A DNA stretch of 64,000 bases from Eledone cirrhosa (GCA_964016885.1 OZ024758.1:1798001-1862000), one strand, 5' to 3'. Positions 29,547 to 40,566 are shown, numbered from the stretch's first letter. The notes: generated from the letters alone by a model not told the origin. Translations and numbers: made by a program.

Positions 29547-32232
29547 GTACAGATTAAAGTTAAAGCAAATAATTTCTGTTTTCACCCTATACGGGATCTC
29601 CTGATTTTGGTCTTTGTATTTATTATCTCTCTCTGTATATATTAAAATAACAGATTAAAGTTTAAGCAAAGAATCGCTGCTTATTATTAATATATATATA
29701 TATATATATTTTTTTTAGTTGTTCAAGCTCCAGGATTACCTCCACAAATTCCAAGCCAGTGGAAGCCAAATCAGCCACAAGCCCCTCCCTCACAACAGTG
29801 GCTACCTAACCAACCATATGCTGGTCTAAGTCACCAACAAACAATAGGTCAGCCACAGCCAGGACAGATTATATCCCCTCGATATCCATCTCCTGTAGTT
29901 CCCCAAAGTTCACCGCAGCACACCTATAACCAAACACCTTCTCAAGAGATAGCAGCTAATCAACAGATCATCCCGGGGTCGTCACACAAAACACCTTACT
30001 CACAGTCTTTCCCAGGTGAAACAGGTAAACCAGTTGGTTTTGATCATTCCCAGCAAATGGCTGCCACTAGAATGCAAGGCCCTGTTCAACAAAACCCAGC
30101 TACACAGCAACAGATACAGCCAGCAACAACACAGCTTCAGCCACCTTCCACTCAGAGCTCCTTTCAGCAACAACAGCAACAACAACAAAATACTATAGGG
30201 GTAATGCCATCACAACATTCAAATCAGGGGATGCCTGTAGTTTCTTCAGTGCAACTACAACAACAGCAGCAGCAACAGCAGCAACAACAACAACAGCAGC
30301 AGCAACAGCAACAACAGAATCCAAATTTCCAACAGAAACTTTCTACGAATGTGGTACCTCCTCTACAGCAGCATCTACCTAGTATAACTGCACAGGTGTC
30401 ATCTATACAGCCGCCACAGGTACAGCCAGGAATGACTCACCCTCAGCAACACCTTGTACAACAAGGAGGAGTCCTACCCCCAAGACATCCAACACAACCA
30501 AACAATCCCAATGTAATACGAAGTAACCAATCTCAGCAACAGATAACCCCTGGGGTAGCTCAAGGACACCTACAACCTGCTCACATTCAACAAGTTACAC
30601 CTGGCCAACAACAAGGTAACCTTCAACAAGTAGCTGCTAGATCAATTCAAGAGCCGCCCTCCACCCAACAGCAAGCAGGTCATCAAATTCAGCGACCCCT
30701 ATCTCAATACAATTCACCTTCACCACCAATTGTCACATCAGCTGATATAAATGCCACAATGAAACCCCAGTTTACAACAGTTCAAAACACAACAATTCAA
30801 ACGGCTGGTCCTAGCCAGCCCTCACCCCAACACACTTTCAAGCCGTCTGTGACCACATCTCAATCTCAACCAGTAACACAAGGCTCTGCACATATCCTTA
30901 ATCCCCCTGAACTAAGTCGTCAGTGGTCTGGATCAACTGTTTCGTCACTGGATGACATTCTGTCTTCTAGTCATGAAAGTGTCCGCGAGACAACAATACC
31001 AGACACAGTGCTTACCCCTAAAGTGCTTACTCCTCAAGAAATTCAACAGCAAAAGGAAGAGGCCATAAAAAACAATGCTATGAAACTCGCTCAGAAACAA
31101 GATCCCTACCAAGACAAAGAAACTCTCGATAAATTTGTGATAGAAGTAGAGAAGTTTGAAAAAGTTGTTCTAGGACTTTGTAAACCAACTTTAAATGGAC
31201 CGAGTCCTCTCGATTCTATTTGGAAAGTAATTATTTTTTCTTTATTCTAATTTTCTTTCTTTTTTTTTTAATTTTGGTATTCCTATTTTGTATGAAAGTA
31301 CCATATATAGTTGAATATAAGCTGAGGGTGGTTGACTTATTACACATCATCTAAATGTGTTGATTTGCTGCCTCAGTTTATAAATGGGGTTTGGATTTTT
31401 GTCCATTTCTCAGACATAGAATAAGGGGGTGGATGGCTTATATTCAAGTTTGTGTTTAACCCTGTTTTTATAGTTTTGACAGACATTTCAATGAATATTT
31501 TTCTGAAAGTCTTTTTTTTTTTTGTTTTGACAATCTGCTTTGATGAGAATAGAAGTAGTAGTAGTATATTCTTTTGTCTGTATGAGGTTCGGCTGAAAAG
31601 TTCATAGCCTGACTATGAAGGAGTGATGCTAGAGCTATCTGGCCATAGGTTAGGTGGGTAGGTCCCCCGTGGATATACCTCACCTGTACAAGATCAACCA
31701 GAGTGTTGACCCACGTGGTAGGGCCCTCATGGACATATCCTATCTGTCAAGATCAACCAGAGTGATGACCCACAAACTAGGTGAGCTATGCTTTTCTCCC
31801 TCCTTACAACAATTTTATTTTTATTTTTCTCAAATTGTAGGAACTATGTGATGAACAAGAAAAGGATAGCCGCAAACGGTCTATGGCTGCAGCTCGCTGT
31901 GATGCAATGAAGAACAGGGACCCAGATATTATGCCTTGTAAGTATTTGCTCTCTGTAGGTTACATAACAAAAAAAAACAATAGTTAAATCGATAAAGTGT
32001 ATTATATTAGCTATATTGTTAACAGTAATTTACATATATGTGTTACATAATTTCAAAGGAAAAGCAAAGGAAAAAAAGAGTGCTCTATGTATAGTGCTCT
32101 ATAGATAAAAGATATATCTTTTATCTATAACATCTGTCTGACAAACGATCCAGACATATATTATTATTATTATAATCTGTGATCCAGAAACCTTTGGTAA
32201 TGGAGTAGTTATATTTTGTGTTGTTCACTTTC

Positions 32233-32286
<54 letters not shown>

Positions 32287-32397
32287 CTATATTTCAGATG
32301 ATGATTCCCGAGTCTTGTTAACTAGCCAAAAAGATGACTATATTAATGCTAGTTGGTTAGATGTAAGTAGAATTATATTTTATTACTTGTAGAATAT

Positions 32398-32446
<49 letters not shown>

Positions 32447-32449
32447 TCT

Positions 32450-32498
<49 letters not shown>

Positions 32499-32987
32499 TA
32501 GTATCAGTGCTCTGAAATAGCGATGTATGTATAAACATACAGTATATTTGGCAATATACCGTATGTTTATTTAAAAACATTTGGAAGACCATTTGCCATC
32601 AGTGTTAAATTACGTCACTTACTTAGTCTCCATAAAAACAATGGATATATCTTTGATTTTCTCTTCGTATTGCTGGTATTGTTTTAACATAAAATCTGTT
32701 TGTAGGAACTTGTATTATCGTGTCCCAAGTTCATTGCTACTCAGTTCCCACTAAATGTTACCATTGTTGACTTTTGGATTATGGTCTATGAAGAAGGTGC
32801 TGAAGTCATAGTTAAACTGTTTAGTGAAGCTGAAGAAGGAAAGGTAAGAAACAACCTATTTCTCCTTTATAGAATAACATTTCACTGGATAAACTGTTAG
32901 GCTTTCTTCACTAACTTCAAAGTATTTAAAAAATATTTACTTCTCTCTCTCTCTCTTGTTATACTAGTTATGTTAAAGTTTTTTTAT

Positions 32988-33018
<31 letters not shown>

Positions 33019-36000
33019 TCAATAACACTACAACTACCAACATCACATTGCTGGCCTTGTGCCTTAATCAGAACCCCTTAATATCATAACAACCACAACT
33101 ATATTGTCATAGTTCCCGTCAAAACTAGAAACAATCCTGTATAGTAGTTTATCGAATCTGACACATGTTAGCGCGGAAGATAGACATTTTATTCATGTTT
33201 GTTTTTTATATATTCTACAGAAGTACCCCAACTACTGGCCAACTGAGAAAGGTCAAAGTATTCTCCACGGTCCCATTAGTCTTACTTTACAGACTTGTAA
33301 AGAAAAAGAGTTCTGGACTGAAAGACTTATTTATCTTACACATTCTGAGGTAAATAGCTGCTATTATTTTCACATTTAATCGAGGTCAACTTTGCCTTTC
33401 ATCCTTACGGGGTCAATAAAGTAAAGTACCAGTAATGCGCTGGGTAATTGCTGGCCTTGTGCCAAAAGTAGAAACAATTATTTTCATATCTAATACGATA
33501 CATTCTGATTAAAACAATTTCATTTTATTTAATACAATTATCTTTTATCCAATAGCATTAATATGATATAAGTTTAAATTCAATCCAATGTTAACTCAAT
33601 TTTAACTGAAAGGAATTTGATTTAAAAAAAAAAAAAATGTAATACATTGTTTTAATCCAATACAATTTTACTTAATAGAATTTTAAAAGCAAACAGATAG
33701 TCATTGAGGAGGTCACAGAATGTGTGATAAAAGAACTTTGATGAATTAACAAATAACTAGTAATAAAGATAGTGATAAAGTGAAAAAGTGTAAATTATAT
33801 GTTTGCTTGTGTTTCTTTTTATTGGCAATACTGGCAATATGACCTCTCCAAATATAACAATATTGGTTTCAACACATGATTTCACATCAAGAATCTTACA
33901 AAAAAAATACAAAAACTTAAGGAGCTAATTATTGTTTTCTCTTTTTCTCTATGAATTATAAATATCAATATTTATATATTTTAGACCAAACAAGCCAGAA
34001 CAATTGTCCACCTTCAATACAGGAACTGGCCAGTCAGGTATTTATTAAAAACTTAAACCATTTATGTTCATATTTCGATTGGATACACTTTTATTTCTGT
34101 ATTGTTTCTCTTCATTCTACCTCATCTCTCTCTCTCTTCCTCATCTCTCTCTCTCTTCCTCATCTCTCTCTCTCTTCCTTTTTCTCTCTTTCTCTCTCTT
34201 TCTCTCCTCATTGCCTCTGTCTGCCTCTCTCTCCCTCTCTCTCACTGCCTCTCTCTCCCTCTCTCTCACTGCCTCTCTCTCACTGCCTCTCTCTCACTGC
34301 CTCTCTCTCCCTCTCTCTCACTGCCTCTCTCTCCCTCTCTCTCACTGCCTCTCTCTCCCTCTCTCTCACTACCTCTCTCTCCCTCTCTCTCACTACCTCT
34401 CAGCCCCACAATCCCAACAGACAGAAAACAGAAGGCGTTTCCTCAGAGGAAGGTGAGGGAGACGCATTGGAAGAGCCAAAATTGCTGGCCTTGTGCCTAT
34501 ATTAGAAACCAATATTAACATTAGGTGCAGGAGGTGAAATATAATAATTTCTTCTTGTTTCTAGTGGTTTCCCTGAAAAGATTCCCTATTTGCTACAGTT
34601 TATTGCAGAAGTACATTCTTTCTATCGACAACAGAGAAGCCTCACTAAGCCAGTTATTGTTCACTGCAGGTAAGTTATTTCATCTTCCAATTATTTTGAA
34701 GATAATCAAAAATTTGGAGGTATTTAATAAAAGAAACTAATCTTTACTTTACATTTTATTATTTACATTGTTAAAATAACTCAACAGGAATTTCTTTCAT
34801 AAAACAATGAACATTTTATTATCTACAAACTTCATCTTAATGTTACATCCAGCTGTTAAAATCTTGGCCAAATTTACAGTTCTGTCTGAGCAAGGTACTT
34901 GTCTCATGACGTGGATGACCTGTCCAACCCAATGCAAGCATGGAAAATGGACCTTAAACAGTGATGAAGATGTAGCAAGCTGAGTTCCTGATCCAGTATC
35001 AGTTTCTGTAGTATTCACTGCTATCCATCAAGGGTACCAAGTTTATATTTTGGCATATTTTGAGAGCAATATTTACTGCATAATAGAATCAACTTTTTCT
35101 CTAGAATTTAGATTGTTTGGCTCATCTAATTTTTTTAATGTGATTTAATTACAGAACTCTTCTTTTAAAAAAAGGGTTCTGCATAGTAAGGATTTAGAAA
35201 ACATACAATAAATTGTAAATTGTGCCTTAAACATAAATAAATTGTGCGTTATGTATAATATTATATATTGTGCCTTAAACATAGATAATTTTACATAGTT
35301 CCTTAAACATAGACAAATTGTGACTTAACCCATTACCATTTACATTACTCTATATAAACTATTATATTTTTGTGATAAAGGCTTTATCTTATATAATATC
35401 TCACATGATATCGAATCTATGAGGTTTTGATAAGAGGTGAGAGAATTCTGGCCAGATACGGTCGGTTTAAATGCTAAAGGGTTAAGCATAAATAATTTTA
35501 TATTGTGCCTTAAACATAAACATTTTATATTGTACCTTAAACGTAGACAATTTTCAAACTTAATTGTTTCTATTATTTTTGTGTCCTTAGTAATGGAGTG
35601 GGCAGAACGGGGACATTTATTTCTGTATATGCTGGAGTTGAAGAAGTGAATCATGCTAATGGAATAATAGATATTCAAACATTATGTCAGAAAATGATGA
35701 AGAAACGTCGATATATCATTCGAGATAAAGAACAACTCAAGTACTGTTATGATACAATTTTATATCATGCAGAAGATTTACTTATGAAACGTAAGGCAGT
35801 CTCTTGGATCTATTGACTTATGTTTTGTTTTTATTATTTCATTTTTCAGATGTCACAACAAAAAGCTTCTAGCACACACTGTAAAGTGGTCATGTAGGAG
35901 ACATGGCAAAAAGCACCTAGTACTCACTGTAAAGTGGTCTTGTAGGAGACATGACAAAAGGCACCTAGTACTCACTGTAAAGTGATCGTGTAGGTGTCAC

Positions 36001-36957
36001 AGATTTAATGAAACCTTGTTACAGATTTAATGAAACCTTACTACAGATTTAATGAAACCATGGTACAGGTTTAATGAAACCTTACTACAGATTTGTCTAG
36101 TTGTATCTATGCAGACACATTTTTCACACATGTTCAGGCATGTGTTTTATTGTCAGACTATCTATTGCTATTATTCTTAACATGGTGATCTGAGTTCAAA
36201 TCCCGCCGAGGTTAGCTTTGCCTTTCATCTTTACGGGGTCGATAAAATAAAGTACCATTCATGAGCTGGGGTCGATTTAATCGATTTTCCCCTCCCCCAA
36301 AATTGCTGGCCTTGGGCCTAAATAAGAAACCATTCTTAACATGCTGCTGTTTACATTTCAGGTGGAATCCTGACCAATAAAGCTTCTTTTGGAGATAAAC
36401 TACCAAATCCTGGTGACAAGACACACCAGAGGAAACCATCCGAAGATTTGACCAAAATCAATGTCTCCTCTGTACAAACTGAGACTTCTAAAGACTCGAA
36501 AGCAACAACCGTAAAGAATGAGGAGATTAACAGTGAAACAGATTCTGGTAAAGTTGTTGAATCAACCTCCTCCAATCTTCCAGACCTTGTGCAACAGCAG
36601 TGCACTTTAAATACAACCGATGTTAGTGGAGAGGCCCAGATTGAAAGCCGAAGCCGGTCGGGTTCAGGCTCTTCTACGAAAAGTGTTGGCACTGGTGGGG
36701 GAAGCAGTGGCACGACCTCAATGAGTAATTCACCCCAACATATTAGCAGCGGTCACCAGAAAGATATGCCACTCTCTTTGGCTCAGCTACAAAATCCTAA
36801 TACTTTCACACTTGAATTGACAACTGGACGTAAAAAGATCACGAAATCAAGTTTCACAAATAAAACGACATCTATTACAGATAGTATGAACGACCCAGAC
36901 GACCCTCTTAGTTCGCTTGACCCTCTTTGGTCTATTAAAAAAAAAGAAGACTCTTAA
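10244..36957 (+). CDS. PTPN23: Tyrosine-protein phosphatase non-receptor type 23 (HD-PTP/Myopic ortholog); 28 coding exons in window, about 2358 aa, first coding exon not found
   Basis: Exons joined by hand with GT-AG sites and matching phases. Bro1 motifs (FEQACILYNIGALHS, GMKVSCTHFQCAAWAF, AQAQECILEKS, KKDNDFIYHEKVP, GPDIFQKLVP), V domain, PARPAAPKP, Pro/Gln region, PTP domain (DYINAS, VHCSNGVGRTG) and C-terminal DPLSSLDPLW match recalled HD-PTP architecture. Confidence 0.96.
10810..11430. repeat. (ACT/ACC)n trinucleotide tract in PTPN23 intron
   Basis: Direct inspection; source of poly-Thr/poly-Val ORFs. Confidence 0.92.
12058..12196. repeat. 19-bp tandem repeat (ctgtagttggttctagtaa) x7
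   Basis: Direct inspection. Confidence 0.9.
13548..13675 (+). CDS. PTPN23: PTPN23 exon (Bro1): VAVSVPRDFTGCSTLKRYYAQLQFLQSRF...IPFTW
   Basis: AG/GT boundaries; VPRDFxGC motif. Confidence 0.92.
14444..14766. repeat. 43-bp tandem repeat, about 7.5 near-identical copies
   Basis: aaagtaatgggatattttaggttttggtggtttatcaagtatt. Confidence 0.92.
14803..14929 (+). CDS. PTPN23: PTPN23 exon (Bro1): EDVHTGREYVYQDIKFEQACILYNIGALHSILGAADTRTTAE
   Basis: AG/GT boundaries; Bro1 FEQACILYN motif. Confidence 0.94.
14965..15255. repeat. Degenerate about 13-bp tandem repeat (tgtttgatat...)
   Basis: Direct inspection. Confidence 0.8.
15355..15483 (+). CDS. PTPN23: PTPN23 exon (Bro1): GMKVSCTHFQCAAWAFEYLRD...VNLML
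   Basis: AG/GT boundaries, 43 codons. Confidence 0.94.
15938..16099 (+). CDS. PTPN23: PTPN23 exon (Bro1): AQAQECILEKSMSDSRKSTITAKVAAEIVEYYK...
   Basis: AG/GT boundaries, 54 codons. Confidence 0.93.
16163..16318. mobile_element. Tc1/mariner (pogo/Tigger-like) MITE remnant
   Basis: tactgtaatt...gaagacgc and gcgtcctcggggacgggaaatacggt imperfect terminal inverted repeats. Confidence 0.45.
16971..17187. mobile_element. piggyBac-type MITE copy
   Basis: ttaaccctttag...ctaaagggttaa. Confidence 0.75.
17319..17477 (+). CDS. PTPN23: PTPN23 exon (Bro1): AWKRRMECKMLFYQC...QQKWGERVTYF...KLSK
   Basis: AG/GT boundaries, 53 codons. Confidence 0.92.
18106..18158 (+). CDS. PTPN23: PTPN23 exon: ADDMQDPLQFTFDVVVGK
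   Basis: tacag acceptor, gtaagt donor, phase consistent. Confidence 0.88.
18333..18412 (+). CDS. PTPN23: PTPN23 exon: FESSKKDNDFIYHEKVPDIECLPEVK
   Basis: KKDNDFIYHE Bro1 signature. Confidence 0.94.
18875..18989 (+). CDS. PTPN23: PTPN23 exon: ASLVKGIPFNPNDPEISGPDIFQKLVPIEAHEAASLY
   Basis: GPDIFxKLVP motif, phase 1/2. Confidence 0.94.
19441..19506 (+). CDS. PTPN23: PTPN23 exon: SEEKAKISRKLTGMIEEKNEEL
   Basis: completes YSEEKAK; AG/GT boundaries. Confidence 0.9.
20265..20404 (+). CDS. PTPN23: PTPN23 exon (V domain): HFLNSLQLE...LLERCAAISARPNAIKDLVDVMG
   Basis: AG/GT boundaries, phase consistent. Confidence 0.9.
20726..20817 (+). CDS. PTPN23: PTPN23 exon (V domain): LSGFATEVEMGIKEVKELIEKETKSEEEFE
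   Basis: AG/GT boundaries, phase consistent. Confidence 0.88.
21222..21426 (+). CDS. PTPN23: PTPN23 exon (V domain): ...SNKDLHKAMNSHVANLKLISGPLEDIQGSLP...
   Basis: LHxAMNxHVxNLxLxSGPL motif. Confidence 0.92.
21686..21843 (+). CDS. PTPN23: PTPN23 exon (V domain): ...LKKLLAKVDEMKTQRVMLEEQFRTKIQEDDITNVLVT...
   Basis: DDIT motif; AG/GT boundaries. Confidence 0.92.
22635..22786 (+). CDS. PTPN23: PTPN23 exon (V domain): EIFEEQLKKHDKTINLIEQNLAAQENILRALTNANAKF...
   Basis: EQNLAAQ motif. Confidence 0.92.
23404..23597 (+). CDS. PTPN23: PTPN23 exon (V domain): RETLIKELMNSYDVYEDLLAKSHKGLEFYTKLE...
   Basis: YEDLxxKSxxGxxFY motif. Confidence 0.92.
24256..24539 (+). CDS. PTPN23: PTPN23 exon: PAPARPAAPKP...PKLKDYLPYMKP...
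   Basis: Pro-rich motif after V domain; phase 1/0. Confidence 0.88.
24640..25005 (+). CDS. PTPN23: PTPN23 exon (low-complexity region)
   Basis: ttgcag acceptor, gtagga donor, 122 open codons. Confidence 0.8.
25870..26170 (+). mobile_element. RTE-type LINE 3' fragment; related copies 5905-6075, 16485-16855, 13420-13480, 19700-19770(-), 42140-42295(-)
   Basis: KPTGRRPRDRLRARWLDNI...ASDRTSWKECLRTLPP, typical RTE ORF C-terminus. Confidence 0.75.
27081..28581 (+). CDS. PTPN23: PTPN23 large Pro/Gln-rich exon with 24-bp coding repeat
   Basis: ttccag acceptor, gtgagt donor; in frame with ORF 27255-28610. Confidence 0.86.
28015..28550 (+). repeat. Coding 24-bp tandem repeat (PQPQSQHL / PQPQGQLP) in PTPN23
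   Basis: About 22 units inside the open exon frame. Confidence 0.9.
28630..28950 (+). mobile_element. SINE family 3 copy (ggcattaggaagggcatccagcc...catgctagcgtggaa...gatgatg tail); others 22350-22580, 23650-23890, 45745-45980(-)
   Basis: Repeated shared sequence and GAT-repeat tail. Confidence 0.65.
29404..29495 (-). ncRNA. Hammerhead ribozyme motif (type I, minimal) with large stem II insertion
   Basis: minus strand: ACATAT-CTGAGGA-GCT[insert]AGT-GAAA-CATATG-TA-ATATGT. Confidence 0.7.
29719..31226 (+). CDS. PTPN23: PTPN23 large Gln/Pro-rich exon ending in conserved pre-PTP segment (EVEKFEKVVLGLCKPTLNGPSPLDSIWK)
   Basis: ttttag acceptor, gtaatt donor; in frame with ORF 30057-31250. Confidence 0.88.
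31841..31937 (+). CDS. PTPN23: PTPN23 exon (PTP): ELCDEQEKDSRKRSMAAARCDAMKNRDPDIMP
   Basis: KNRx motif; AG/GT boundaries. Confidence 0.9.
32298..32362 (+). CDS. PTPN23: PTPN23 exon (PTP): YDDSRVLLTSQKDDYINASWLD
   Basis: DYINAS motif. Confidence 0.92.
32706..32843 (+). CDS. PTPN23: PTPN23 exon (PTP): ...FIATQFPLNVTIVDFWIMVYEEGAEVIVKL...
   Basis: IATQxP and DFWxMV motifs. Confidence 0.92.
33221..33349 (+). CDS. PTPN23: PTPN23 exon (PTP): KYPNYWPTEKGQSILHGPISLTLQ...
   Basis: YWP motif. Confidence 0.9.
33985..34037 (+). CDS. PTPN23: PTPN23 exon (PTP): TKQARTIVHLQYRNWPV
   Basis: HLQYxxWP (WPD-loop position). Confidence 0.9.
34565..34669 (+). CDS. PTPN23: PTPN23 exon (PTP): GFPEKIPYLLQFIAEVHSFYRQQRSLTKPVIVHC
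   Basis: PVIVHC motif. Confidence 0.92.
35591..35790 (+). CDS. PTPN23: PTPN23 exon (PTP): NGVGRTGTFISVYAG...KEQLKYCYDTILYHAEDLLMK
   Basis: GVGRTG P-loop half; AG/GT boundaries. Confidence 0.92.
36362..36957 (+). CDS. PTPN23: PTPN23 terminal coding exon ending DPLSSLDPLWSIKKKEDS*
   Basis: tttcag acceptor, TAA at 36955-36957; C-terminal DPLSxLDPLW motif. Confidence 0.9.
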
Positions 36958-37389
36958 TATTGTTAATATTATTATTATTACTATAATTATTATTATTACT
37001 ATTATTATTATTATTAGTGTGGTGGAGTGCAGAATTGGTAGCGTGGCGAACACAATGCCTTGCAGTATTTAGTTACTTCGCTTTATATTCTGATTTCACA
37101 TCCCACCTTTGTTGATATTGCCTTTTTTTTTTCATACTTCTGTGGTGGGGTGGGGGTTGCTAAAATATCTACCAGTTATATACTGGTGTTCAATTCAATC
37201 ATTGACTATAACCCCACCCCTCTCTCTCTCTCTCTGTCTCTCTCTCTTGCAAAATTTGTGGCTTTGTGCCAAAGTTAGAAACCATAAATTATCATCTGCA
37301 TCGTTGTTGTTGTTGTTGTTGCTGCTGTTATTGTTGCTGTTATTGTTGCTGTTGTTGGTTTTGTTGGTTTTGTTGTTGCTGTTGTTCCT

Positions 37390-39700
37390 ATGGACCAAGC
37401 AAGCTGAACCAGCCACAGTTACTCAAGTGGAAAAGGCCCTGAAAGAGGTAATGATCAATGTAGCTCACATTCAAAGAGCAAAGCAGTGCGCTAGCATTGA
37501 GATCCTCTTTAAAAACACTCGGCGACCCTTCTGTAGGACTGAAGAGTTTATACTTTATCCAACCCATCTCTCAAGGAGTGAGAATACCAAGTATTCCACC
37601 AGACATGGACATATTGTGGAATGTGTTGTCCTTGGAGATCCAGACACACTCTTCGAAGTTAAATGCAGGGAAAGGGAAAAATTGGTATCGAATAAATGGT
37701 GAGATTCTGCTTCATATAAAGCCAGACAAAATAGAAAGAACTCCAGGCCTAATCGAGCTTCCCAACGGAATAGAACTCCGAATAAATCTAGAAGGCAAAA
37801 TACTAAAATATCATCTATGAAACTCAACAAACCATTTGAAGGATGAAATCAGAAGACATGACTACTACCAATACATCGACCTCAACAACTCGTACACCAG
37901 CAGCTGAAGATTCAACAAGACCAGCAACACCAATAATGAGAAAAATAGCCACAGTGATAATTACAGCACCAACAACAGCAGCACCAACACTCATGGAAGA
38001 TATAGCTCTCCCTGATGTCACACATAGCTACAGATTGTGATTAGGGTACAGAGTTACAAGCCATCTCCCACAAGAACAAAAATAAAATAAAAAAACTTGT
38101 CTTCACTCTAAAAAAAAAAAAAAGGTGCAGCGTGGGGCAAAGCAAAAAGCTAAAATCTTAAAGCAAGAAATGCCAGCACCCACACGCACCTCACCATCCC
38201 AACAAAAACACCCCAAACACAACAAGAAACATAAACCCAATAAAAGAAAATAAACTACACAAATTACACAGCCATAAACCCCCCCAGAAACTGACGCAGC
38301 ACATTAAACACAACCCCACAATCACAGAAATGGGTTATTTTATCCCCTAAAACCTTACACTGCACACATACAGATCTTACACATCACACAAGAAACACAC
38401 TACTTTAAAAACACAATTGGGGATTTCTGCACCACATTATCAAAACGTATATACTCCAACATTCTTGTGGAGGTGGCCCCACCTGGCAGGAAGGGCCACC
38501 ATCCCTCCTTCCCCATAAACAGGGTAACCCTTTCTCATCTTTCTTTCTCTTTATTTAACATGGCTTTTTTACTCAGGATTGGCAGTATAAATGCAATGTG
38601 GCCTGGGCTCGTCATGGAAGCAAAGCCACCTGCTTAATGACCTCAGGTCACTGAACATAGATGTGGTGGCCAATGGTGAGACCAGAATATCAGAGGCAGG
38701 AGGCTTTGCACCCATTTTTGATGGCTATGAGGTGTGTACATCACATAGCCATCCGGGATCCAAGGGTGGAGTTACTGTATTGTTTTGGAAAGGCTTGGAT
38801 CTCAAGATACGGACCACCTTCCTGAACCCTGAGGGTAAGTCGGTGGTGCAAGATGTGACCAGCAGTGAAAAGCTTTTAGGCTTGTGCCTGACTATGACCC
38901 TACAAGGGCAGGAAGGCCTGATTTCTTCAGGTGTTTGAAGAACTTTCTTGGAACGTACCACTCCTTAGTGCTAGTAGGTGTCTTAGATATGCTGGGACTG
39001 TGTGGGACTAGTAGATAGGGAAGGAGGGTGTAAAAAGCTTGCAAACCTTCTCAGGTCCTTCCAACTGTCCAACAGGTACCAACTTGATTTCCCAAGTGTG
39101 ACAATGTGGACATGGTCAAACCCCATAGTCATCTAGATATCTATTTCTCTACAGAATAGCCTAAGTCTAGTATAGGTTGTCCATAATTCAAAGTAGTCTA
39201 CACAGACTATAAATTTGTGACCTGTACAGTTGATTTATATAGGTTTGATGGACAGAGACCAGTTTCTGTGGTGGACGAGCCTGAAAGGTTTGAAGACAAG
39301 CACTTTCCTCTTCGGTGAAGTCCTGGTTAACTTTTTCAGGTTTCACCCGAAGAGAAAAATCAGCATGGAGAGGGAAGAAGGAAGGTGTGTAAGAGAGGCA
39401 AGCATGGTCTGAGTGAATGGGCTTGCTCTGAGTATGTTCCTGTAATTTGGAGGAGATAATATGAGAGGGCCCTTGCGCTAGAGGTCAAGGTTACCATGAC
39501 TTTTTGTGGGCTTTCTCCATGAGTGACCCTCGGAGGTATCCCCACTTTGGGGGAATTTATGTTTTTATTTCAAATGTTTATTTTTTAGTTCTTTATAAAC
39601 CTTTCCCTCACACAAAAAAACCCACATTGTACTGTCCTGTACCGTCATTATTGTCCTCTTAATGTAAGCCTTGTGTGGCCAATAAAGAAACATTATTATT
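37390..39700 (+). mobile_element. Degenerate, internally deleted L1/Tx1-clade LINE (ORF1 remnant, APE endonuclease remnant, 3' end with AATAAA)
   Basis: LRIGSINA...LLNDLRSLNIDVVANGETRI...SKGGVTVLFWKGLDLKI...EGKSVVQDV at 38560-38900 with frameshifts; AATAAA at 39681 then ATT repeats. Confidence 0.7.
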
Positions 39701-40566
39701 ACTATTATTATTTTTTCATTTATCTTGCTTTATGTTCATACGAGTAATCAAGTCACAACCAGTGACCTCAAGAGACAACAAGGTCTGACATTTTCAAGAA
39801 AGAACACATACACACATACATGTATCTTTAGGTGTTTAGACTTGTGATGTATTTATATTGGCAGAATCTTCCTTAGTATATGGGCAGTTCCCATTAGTAC
39901 TATCTTTTGTATTTCTTCTATACGCAGGTTTCCTGGGATTTCGGATAAGTAATCATTAGATCATTTATTATTATTAGAGAGTTGGACACCATGCTTTGCA
40001 GCATAGAGATACGGCCCTAAAGGTTAACTTTGCCTTTCATCCTTACGGGGTCGATAAAATAAAGTACCAGTAATGTACTAGGGTAATTGCTGGCCTTGTG
40101 CCAAAAGTAGAAACAATTATTTATTCAAAGTAATCCAACTTATTTTACTAATGGGATAAATTATAAACCGTACGCAGTCCCGTGCTTCTTACTTTATTAT
40201 AATTTAGATTATCTAAGTCGGTCGTACATCTGTCAGTATTGTTATCGAGTTATGTCCCATTCAGTACAAATTGTGCTCAAATCTGACAATATTTAATCTT
40301 TCTATAATCGATTAATTAAGTACCAGTGAAATATTGGAGTCGATATAATAGAATTTATCGCTCTCCACACCACAAAAAAGCTCCGGCCTTGTGCTTAAGT
40401 TAGAAACCACAATTACTATTGTAGTATCATTTACAGATACGTTTGTACGATATTCCTGGTAATGACGAGTTATATCCCTTCTAGTTATTTCCCTTCAAAC
40501 GTTTCCTGAACTGTTTTCTTTTAGCCTTTTACCCTGATTTCAGTCACAGAAGCCATATCTCTAGAA

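Noticed and set aside
33951-34518. Ser/Leu-rich ORFs in three frames
   Set aside because: CT-rich intronic repeat; the true exon is 33985-34037 in another frame.
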